IMG/VR virus record: IMGVR_UViG_3300013713_000001
Span: 1 to 64,000 of that record
Length of the DNA stretch: 64,000 bases
From: a virus
Lineage: Duplodnaviria; Caudoviricetes
Direction: 5' to 3' (one strand)
A model generated the notes under the pieces. That model was not told where the DNA came from, made no database searches, and saw only the letters and a program-made list of their open reading frames with translations. The position numbers and the translations under genes were made by a program. Positions 1 through 9,200 of the stretch are shown here, in pieces. Numbering within the stretch: position 1 is the stretch's first letter; each line of letters starts with the position of its first letter.

Positions 1-1635
1 GAAGCCAGCGTTCTGCATGCCAAGTGCCATGGACGCAATGTCTTTGGCAAGGAACTTCTGAGCGTAACCGGTCTTCAGCGCAGTGGCCCGGCTGTTAAGC
101 ATGGACTCATCGATAACCGTGGTAAAGTTACCCTGGATCTTTGCATCGTCGGCAAGGGCCAACAGTTCCTCTTCCTTGACCTGAATGAACTCGGCAAAGG
201 TCTGACCGTTGGGCATTTCAATATGCTGGTAACGGGTACCCTTACGCATAAAGAACGCTTCTTCAGCCACTGTGAGACTACCGTCACGCGCACGCGCATC
301 CAGGGCAAGCTTGATCCCGCTTTCCGGCGCAGAGAAAGCAACCTTCTTGGTGTTGATCTCGCTTTCACCCTTTTCAACTTCGAGCAGCTCGTCGTCTACT
401 TCGGAGGACCATTCCGCAACACCTTCATCAGGACTTCCTGCTGCCGAACTTCCTTCGGTTTCAGGAAGTTTTCCAGTGTCCTGCGCATCATCATTGAAAA
501 CGTCAAAGATACCACCAGAATGAGTACCAGGGTGAGTGGGCTGGCCCGAGCCAGTAGACTGCCCGTTTTCTCCGTGACCTTTCCCTTTTCCTGCTTGCGC
601 AGTTCCCTTCGTTCCTGTATCCACTTGGGAATCCGGCGAACCAGTTTCTTCTTCTCCTTTTGCTCCGTCATTACCGTGCTCCTCTTTAACGATGTCTTTC
701 TCAGGAACCAGGTTCCTTGTCAGACTCAAGAAGACCAGGTAGAGGCGTTTTACAACGTTCATCCTCCGGGTACTCTTCAATCCCTCAAGTTCCAGTACCG
801 GGGTCTTGAATTCCTGTCCAGGTTTCAATCCGACCTCATCCAACCATTCCTTTACCAGGCTCGCTTTGAGTACCAGTGCTTTGCTCTGGAAGGTAAAGAT
901 GAAGTGCAGATCACCTAACGCTTTTTCGCTGATCTTGCCAAACAAGCTGTAATCCGACTGACCCAACAACCAGGCGAGCAGATCCAAGAGCCAGTAGGTG
1001 TTTTCAGCCTTGGTACTGCGGATCGCCTGCGGGGTGATAACTGGCAACCCTTCTTTGAAGTTGCTGATGTACTTCCGGTAATCGTCGAACAGGTCCGTAA
1101 AGCTTGGGAGGTTCAACGGCAGCTCGACTCGCAAGAACTGATGACGCTGTCCACGCTCAGCCTCAAGGTTGATCCCTTCTACAACCATGTTCATCAGGTT
1201 GTAGTACTTCTCGTAGTTCACGTACAGACTAGGTCGGTAAATGAAACGGTGAGGGATCAGGCCGTAGTTCCGTACCACCAGGACCCGCTCCTTGGCATAA
1301 ACAGTGGTGATGTCACGGGTCCAGTTGTAGTTGTAGTGCCCTGCCCGGTAGTTGCTGATGGCCTTCTTCAGGTCCATCTGGTCGATTCGACCGTTACCCA
1401 TCACAGGCTGCAACAGATCAGTCACAAAGTCAATGTAGACTTCAGACGGGTAGTTGCTGATAAAGGCTTCACTGTTGCTTGGGCCGTATTCAGCAGGGTT
1501 CTTGGGAACAAATTGGAGCAAACTGTTTTTCGGTAAATTGATCTCACTGATGGCATGGAACACTGGGTTAACCAGGTCCTGCTTTTTCCTCAATACCAAG
1601 TTCTTAAAGAACTCGTTGTAGAGAATCGGTGTCAT
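1..1635 (-). CDS. Virion RNA polymerase beta subunit, N-terminal/main part (phiKZ gp178-like); 3' end runs off the window
   Basis: Not in the ORF track because it has no stop in the window. ATG at 1635 overlaps the TGA of the upstream beta' gene (ATGA). It reads MTPILYNEFFKNLVLRKKQDLVNP... and, in the same frame at the window edge, QKFLAKDIASMALGMQNAGF; I read the two ends, not every codon between. Gene order gp178-gp180-gp181 matches phiKZ. Confidence 0.82.
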   Translation of the reverse strand, partial: MTPILYNEFFKNLVLRKKQDLVNPVFHAISEINLPKNSLLQFVPKNPAEYGPSNSEAFISNYPSEVYIDFVTDLLQPVMGNGRIDQMDLKKAISNYRAGHYNYNWTRDITTVYAKERVLVVRNYGLIPHRFIYRPSLYVNYEKYYNLMNMVVEGINLEAERGQRHQFLRVELPLNLPSFTDLFDDYRKYISNFKEGLPVITPQAIRSTKAENTYWLLDLLAWLLGQSDYSLFGKISEKALGDLHFIFTFQSKALVLKASLVKEWLDEVGLKPGQEFKTPVLELEGLKSTRRMNVVKRLYLVFLSLTRNLVPEKDIVKEEHGNDGAKGEEETGSPDSQVDTGTKGTAQAGKGKGHGENGQSTGSGQPTHPGTHSGGIFDVFNDDAQDTGKLPETEGSSAAGSPDEGVAEWSSEVDDELLEVEKGESEINTKKVAFSAPESGIKLALDARARDGSLTVAEEAFFMRKGTRYQHIEMPNGQTFAEFIQVKEEELLALADDAKIQGNFTTVIDESMLNSRATALKTGYAQKFLAKDIASMALGMQNAGF

Positions 1636-3260
1636 TGTTCAAGTCCTTCTAATCCACTGGTTGCGGATTTAAACATGAATTGAATGGGTTCGTTGATAGG
1701 GTCATAAAGGAAGCGACCCGTACCACTGATGTAATAGGACCGTTTACCAAACAGTTCCTTAACCTGATCTTTACTGTCTTCAGCACACACCGAGTTACTG
1801 TTCAATTGGTCGCCGTCGTGGTCCGAGTCGAGGCCCGCTTCGCGAGAGGGGTCCACCGACATGGCGTCAAAGTAGTCTTGCTCGCTCACCCGAGGGGGAT
1901 AGGAATAACAGACGTCTTTTTCTGACCAGTCATAGGGATCGCGAATCGACCGCATCCCTGCACCTTCGGTGGTGATAAGGTTGATCGCCGCGGGAAAGAT
2001 GGAACCAATACCAATGATCGGGTAACGCGTCTGCTGGCTGACCTGGTCAGTGATAGCCTTGTAACAACTCAGGTAGAAGAATTCCAGGTACGTGATCGGA
2101 CGAACCAGCTTGCGGTCTTTACCGTCTGGTAAGTCGTTGATGTCATGGAGTACACAGATGTCAGTGCCGTCATCGTAGACCAACATAAGGTAGCGGTAAT
2201 CGATGACGATTTCCTTGTTCCGCAGAGAGGCGTCCGCAAACCCGTTGAACAATTTGTTGATCCCGGTAAACGTCGTCCACTTTTCAACCGTGGTGGGGGA
2301 GACCTCAACGTACTCGTACTCAAGGGTCTTCTTGTTTACCAGACGCGCACTCTGGTTACCAATGGTAAACACGTTGATCAGGTATTCGTTCATGACGCCA
2401 TGGGCACAGACGTACTGGTAGTTCAGCAGTGCCTGAAAGAGACCCATATCAACGGTGTTCGGACTGACCAGCATTTTGGTCTTCAGCTTTTTCCGACCGA
2501 CCTTGCGCGCAGTAATGACGTTACGGGTACCGCCCACTACACCACGGGTCGACATACGCCGCTGGAGCACACCACCCTTGCCTTGCAAGAGATCGAAGAG
2601 GTATTGGTCGATGTCGTTGAATGCGGTCTGGACGCCCCAGCGGACGCTGTCGTAGAGGGGGTTCTCAGCGTCACCTTTGCCGCCAAGGATTACTCGCGTC
2701 CGGAAGATCAAGGCCCGGTAGAGCTCAGTGATCTCAGGCTCAGTAGGTGCACCGTTAGCACCGAACTGGATATCACGGAGACCAGCAGGGATCACAAGGA
2801 CCTTATCGGTCATCGCGACTTTACGGAAATCGACGAGCAGTTTTACCCGTTGTTTCCGCTTGTACGATTCTGTCGTACTGAAAACGATGTCGTTCAGTTT
2901 ACTAACAAAGAAGGAAAACCCGGTCTGACCTTCGAGGATGTTCGATTTTATGAAGTCACCCTTCTCCTCGTCGTAGACGGCGTATTCCGCTCCCCTCAAA
3001 ATACCTTGGTACAGTGCTTTAACCAAGATGAGGGCTTTGAGGTAGGTGGGGTTAAAGATCGGGAGCTTTACATCGATGTAAGCTTCGGTCTTATCGCGTT
3101 CCTTACTACCCACCTTGCCAAAGATTTCAATGGAGTACAGACCGTCATCGTTGAGGTTCTGGGTCATCCCCTCAAAGGCGTCGGTGGACGTAATAGGTTT
3201 AAAGACACCCGGGACAATCGTCCGGGGGTCTAAGAGTGTTAAGTTAGTGGGTTTCATCAC
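1632..3260 (-). CDS. Virion RNA polymerase beta' subunit, catalytic part (phiKZ gp180-like)
   Basis: Beta' motifs: GLYSIEIFG, VLVIPAGLRD, GKGG..QRR...R, TRYPI, and the Mg-binding DxDGD as GLDSDHDGDQ. Start may be ATG 3257. Confidence 0.92.
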   Translation of the reverse strand: MMKPTNLTLLDPRTIVPGVFKPITSTDAFEGMTQNLNDDGLYSIEIFGKVGSKERDKTEAYIDVKLPIFNPTYLKALILVKALYQGILRGAEYAVYDEEKGDFIKSNILEGQTGFSFFVSKLNDIVFSTTESYKRKQRVKLLVDFRKVAMTDKVLVIPAGLRDIQFGANGAPTEPEITELYRALIFRTRVILGGKGDAENPLYDSVRWGVQTAFNDIDQYLFDLLQGKGGVLQRRMSTRGVVGGTRNVITARKVGRKKLKTKMLVSPNTVDMGLFQALLNYQYVCAHGVMNEYLINVFTIGNQSARLVNKKTLEYEYVEVSPTTVEKWTTFTGINKLFNGFADASLRNKEIVIDYRYLMLVYDDGTDICVLHDINDLPDGKDRKLVRPITYLEFFYLSCYKAITDQVSQQTRYPIIGIGSIFPAAINLITTEGAGMRSIRDPYDWSEKDVCYSYPPRVSEQDYFDAMSVDPSREAGLDSDHDGDQLNSNSVCAEDSKDQVKELFGKRSYYISGTGRFLYDPINEPIQFMFKSATSGLEGLEQ

Positions 3261-3287
3261 TTTGCCCTTTAGAAGAGAATACCAAAC

Positions 3288-6200
3288 ATGGCTGAAGACG
3301 TTGATTTCGATTGGGGTGATGATCCCTTTGCGGGGGACATCGACTTCGATTCAGACTTTGATAAAGCAGAAAAGCACGGATTCATTCGTTCGTTTGCAAC
3401 TGGGTTCTTGTCAGGTATTGTCGAGAAGACTGTAGGGGATACGGACGCACGTATCGATACCCTGAAAATGGTCCTCCCGAAAACCTGGACCCGTGCCTTT
3501 AATACGTTCGATCAGCTCAACCGTCGTCGTCGGGAGTTGACGCGTGAACTGCAGGGAGAAATCCATGGTTCGATGGATGATCTCCAGTATCTTGCCAAGC
3601 GTGCTGGGGAAAGGCTTCAGAAATCCTTTCCTAATAAAATCGGTGAAGGTCTCATCGAGTTTAGCAAGAACGATTACAGCAGCTGGGAGAACACCGGTGG
3701 TACCCTCGGGGAAACCCAACCCGGGATGGAAACCGTTGAAGAAGGTGAAGTCAACGAGGTCTTAGACCAAGCCGGGATTAACTCCCTGCAAGAGCGTGAA
3801 ACCGCTGTTCAGGTCGGGACTGAAATCACCGGCATGATGGCCGAGGTGGGCGGTCGAACCATTGGTGGCTTAAACGTCATCAACCAACAGCTGAGCCGTA
3901 GCAACGTCTTACTGGAGGGGATCCTCGACTACCAACGCAAGGTCCAGGCTCGTAACGATGCCATGCGGCTGACCTTGGCGGCGCGTTCGTACCTGACAGA
4001 CAGCAAGTACTACAAGTTCCAGGAAGTGGCTAACCACCGCATTATCCGGGAATTGAAACAGATCGCCCTGAACTCGGCTAAGTCAGACTACGAGAAGACC
4101 ACCCATAGCCAGGCGGTTCGTAAGAGCATTCGTGAATCGGTCTTTAACACAGTTAAGGGTCAGTTCGGTGGCATCGCGGATTACTTCAGCGAACGCTTTG
4201 GTAAGTCGGCTCGCGGTGAAGCGGTCAGTTCTGTAGGTGACATTGCCGGTAGCCTGCGCATGGCACTGGAAATGACCGACGGCATGGAGTTTAACCTTGG
4301 CAGCATGATGGGTAATGCTGCCGCTGGGATGTTCATCAGTAGCCTTCCCCGTCTGCTCCGTAGTGGTAAGGCAAAGGAGGCGCTGGAGAAGCTGAAGAAG
4401 CGCTTCCCGGATGCGGCTAAGAAAGCAGAAGACGCCTACATTCGGTTGGAAGACCTCGGTAACGTCACGAGTTACGCCACGGCTAACTTTGAGGGGATGG
4501 CCAACACCCTTGCCGACTTCAACCGTGGTTCGTTCGACTACGACGAGGACATGACCTATGAGGATTACCTGGACCAGTTTACTGGCCAAGGTGAGCCAAT
4601 GGGTAAAACCGAGTGGACCCTTAAACGGTTTGCCCGTAATACCCTTAACAAAGGTACCGGTGCAGTGTTGGATGACATGTACGCCAGTACAGCCACCCAA
4701 TACAACCTCCAGCGCCGAACCCTGAAGGACAACTTCGAGATCCAGCCATGGACCCGTCGTTCTGACCGTACCTTGAACGAAGCCATTCCGGCCTTGCTTG
4801 GCGCGATCGAACTGAGCCTGGAAAAGATCCGTACTGGCGACGACACCCTCCAAGCGCGTTCTTACGACTACGTTCGGGGCAAGCTCATTGATCACCGTCA
4901 AAAGGTAGCCGATGCCTTTAACCGGACCTTTGAACAGAACAGCTTCCGCAACTACGCTGACATGGCGCTGCGTACGGCGAAGCAACTTGACCCTAATAAG
5001 GAGCTGACTGAGCGAGCACAGAAAGCTCTGGCCATGGAAATGGCTGATCAGGCGGACAAGAAGAAAGGATTCAGTCCGTACAACTACATGGAACTGAGTC
5101 ATCTGGATCCAAACGATGCAGCCGAGATCCGTGGGTTGATGCAACGTAACTTTGGCATCACTGATGAACTCTTCAACGAGTTCAAAGAGGGTGACCATGC
5201 TCAACGCGAGATGAAGCTGAATTACCTCCCCACAGAGGCAGCACGTGAGCTAGCAGCGAAGGTAATTGACGAGGCTATCCGTCTCGGTAATTTTGCCCCG
5301 GAACTCGCTGAGAACATCGACGTTAGCCAGAACAGCGGCTACTTCGACATCATGCGTGAATGGGGGATGGTCAAATCGGAATACGGTCGTGAGCAACTTG
5401 ACACCGACAAGGTGAAAGAGCTGTTCCGCCAGTTCATTGATGACCCAGAGAAGCGCATTACCCGTGCAGCGCCTGAGAAGGAACCGTACCGACGTACTCG
5501 GTCGTTTGGTAACCCATTCCCGACCCCAAGCCCTGACACGGCACCGATCGGGCCTAAACCTACTCCGGGCGAGACCGGGCCTGATGTAACGGATAAGTTC
5601 GAGGAAACCTTGAATGCGCTCCGTACGTCGATCGAGGAGGTTGCGGTTAACACCCGTACCACCATGCTTGACGGGAAGTCGAGTAACACCGGCTCCTACA
5701 TCGACAAGCTCGGTGAACGCGTTGACCAGAGCAATACCCGTCTGGACACACTGATCACCCTAGCCACCGACCGGAACGCTACTCTGTTGAAGTTGCTCGA
5801 GGCACGTGGTGCGCCCGCCGAGTCTAAGCTGACCGAGGAAGAAGCCAATGACCTGAAAGCGGAAAAGCTGTCTATCCTCGACCGTCTGAAACAGACAAGC
5901 TTTAAAGACATCTTTAACAAGGGCATGGAAACCATTGTCAAACACGAACCCCTCGTGCTTGGTGGTCTCCTTGGGGGTCTGGCTGGGTTGGCGGTCTACA
6001 ACCCTAAAGCAGCCGCTATTGCAGGCGGTGGTTTTGCTGCAGCAATGGCGTACGGTAAGTTGCGTTCACTGGCACTGGCCCGTTCTGCCGAAGATGACCA
6101 GGATCTCTACGAGGAAGGTTCTGACGACCCTATCCTTGAAGCCTGGAAACTGCGTCGCAAGGACTATGCTGATGCGGCTACCGGTAAAGTCATCGACACG

Positions 6201-9200
6201 TGGGATGCCATTACCGGGGCAGTGGTTGACCTCACGAACAACACCATTATCAACGCCAAACGGCTGGCCAACAAACTCTTTACCCGGGACAATAAGGAAG
6301 TGTTCCTCAGGGGCTTAAGCAAGACCCGTGAGTTGCTGGTAAAGGCGTTCAAATGGTTTGATCCCATGGGCCGTATCAAGGGAATGGCGGGCAAGGTCTC
6401 AACCCGTTTCTACCAGATGGACGTGTACGTCGAGGGTGAAGACGAACCTGCCCTCTACGGTAATCGTTTCGCCAAAGGTCATTACTTCATTAAGGATAAT
6501 GAAGGAAACTTTGTTCCGATCAACGGTTGGAACGAGATCACGGGTGCAGTCTACGACAAGAACGGCAGCGTGCTCATTACGGAAGACGAGTACGACCGCG
6601 GCTTGAAGACCTCAATGGGCCTGAGCATTAACAAGCTTGGTAAGGGTGCCCAGACCGCTAAGAAGTGGGGAATCGACCTGTTCAACAAGGCAAAGGATCA
6701 CGCGTTGCCTTATGCGAAGGGGGCTTATGAAAAGGGCAAGGGTCAGTTCAAAGCCGACTACACTCCAATCGTCAACTCGGTAGACCGCATCTACAACCTG
6801 CTGCTTCGGCATTGGGGTTATGATGAGGAGTTCATTCCGATCACTCCTGTTGACGGTCCACCAAAACCGGGTCCTTTCCCAACCCCCAACAGTGACATCA
6901 CGGAGCCGGTTACCCAGGAAGCACTGGATGGGTCGGAGAAAGAGAGCGAAGCAGATCTGATCGCTCGACGTGAGTTGCGTGCTCGTCGTCGTAAGACCAG
7001 TGGTCCGGACTTTGTAGGTCCCCTGCCGTTCCGGACCCCTGATCCTGATGGCAAGCCTGTGGCTAAAGAGGAGAAGTCGGAAACGATCACTCCGCCTGAA
7101 GACGATGGTGTTCCAAAGCCGTGGATCTTTAAGCGGGACTACGATGCCATGGCCCTGCGTTTCCCCCACATGAAGGAACAGGTGGAGTTCTACCGGAAGC
7201 GTTATGAAGACCGTCAAAAGGAGAACCAGGTCGAGAGTGACAGCAAGCCTGCGGATACCAATGACCCTAATCGTTTGAACTCGTTGGCCGACAAGAAGAA
7301 CCAGGCTGAGGAAAAGAAAGATGAGAACGTCAAAGACGCGATTATCTCGATTGCCGAAAACTTTGGTTACGGTCAAAAGAACAACGAAGAGTTGGCAAAG
7401 AAGAAACCGGCAGGGCTGTTTAGTCTGCTCGGTGGTCTGCTCGGCGGGATCACCACCGGGATTGGTAAGCTGACAAGCTTCTTTGGCAGCAAGGTCTTGC
7501 TGAACGGATTGGGGACCCTGTTCAAGTTCAGCACCTTTGGCATTCGTTTGTTGCCAAAAGTGGCTACGGGTATCGGGGCAATGAGCAGCGCGCTCCTCAC
7601 CTTGATCAAGTCGGGCAGCCTGGGTAACGCAGCCAGTGACTTACTGGACGGACTGCGGGGTGGTGAAGGCGGTAACCCAGGTCGTAATGACCGCCGTCGC
7701 CGTCGCCGTCAGCGTAACAGCACCGGGCGTAGTCTCGCAGGTGGGCTTGGTAAAGTAGGACTGGGCTTGGCTGTCAGCACCGGCGCGAATGCCATGATGG
7801 ATTCGGGGATTATTGACAAAGACAGTGGGATGGGGCAGGCCCTGGATTATGCAGGCGACGCTGCCACACTTTGGGGAGGTGCACAGATGGCCCTTGCGGG
7901 TCTGAAGCACTTTGGGATTGGACGGGGGATAGGAGGTAAGCTGGGTGGATTGAAAAATCTAGTCGGCACAGGTCTCCGTTCGTTGCCTAGCCTGCTCCTC
8001 AGTCCCGTTGGGCTGGCAGCAGGGGTTGTAGGGTACCAGGCCTATAAGAGCTGGGGAACCTTGCAGGGGATGATCCCTAAGCAGTACCTGATCCGCATGA
8101 CCCAGTACGGTCTCTCTGACCCTAACGGTGATCTCTCCGACAAACTCTTGCAGATTGAGGAGTTGCTGACCGACTACGTTGTGATTGGTAACGGTAAGGC
8201 AAGCTTGTCCCAACAGGCGCCGATCGAGAAGGTAATCCAAATCCTGTCCGGGAGCATTCCTGACAAGCGCACGATGAGTGATACCCTCTCCTGGTTTAAC
8301 GGTCGCTTCAAGCCGGTGTTCATGACGTACATGGCCTGTCTTGATGTGATCGGAGTCAAGTCGCTAAAGGAATACGACAAACTCAGAGCCGGTAACGTCT
8401 ACAAGGTCGCTAAGCAAACCCACGAAGCGATCACCTTGCTTGTGCCATTCCCTTACACCATCACGGCTAAGTTCGATCCTGAAAACCCGATCCTGGAACG
8501 CGAAGCCACGATCATCCGGGTAAACAACTACCTGGCTGAGTTGAAGACCTACAGCGAAACCGCTGATCGACTGAACGGTGTAGAGCCTGTCACTGCAGTA
8601 GAAACCGTTAAAGGCGTAAGTGCTGAATCGCTGCAACGTGAGCGCGTTCAGCTGGAAGCCCAACTGCGGGATCCGAACACTGAGTGGAAAGGTACTAACC
8701 GTTACCAGGCGAGTGCCCGTCTGAAAGAAGTCGAAGGCGAGATCAACAAGCTTAACGAGGCGTACAAAGCTGGGACCGTGATTGGGGATATCTTTGTCAA
8801 GGACATGCTTCCTGACAACCGCCCCATGGACATGCTGACGGCTATCCGTATTGCGTGCTACGGTAATGATGAAAACATCCCTTGGCGTGTCGAGGCTGTT
8901 CTGAAGCTCGAGCGTCATTGTGAACAGTTCTTTAAGCTGTCTGGCGATACCGTAGAGTTCACTGGTCAGATTGGGGATCTGTTCGCCCAGTTTAAAGATG
9001 CGTTCCGTGTTGATCAGGATTATGCGCAAGCCTGGTGCCTGTGGTTTAAAGACCGGTTCCTGCCGGTACTGACAAACTACATGACCCAGATGAACAAGTA
9101 CCGCAAAGGGCGCCCAGGAGTGGTTTGGAAAACACTCTCGGTCACTGCACGGTATGAGATCGCTAAAGCGCTGGTAGATTCAAAGGTCGAAGTAGCACCG

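Noticed and set aside
75-1536. ORF-track entries 75..377, 223..918, 272..523, 396..671 and 1141..1536
   Set aside because: All are alternative-frame or antisense shadows of the gp178-like gene running from 1635 off the window.
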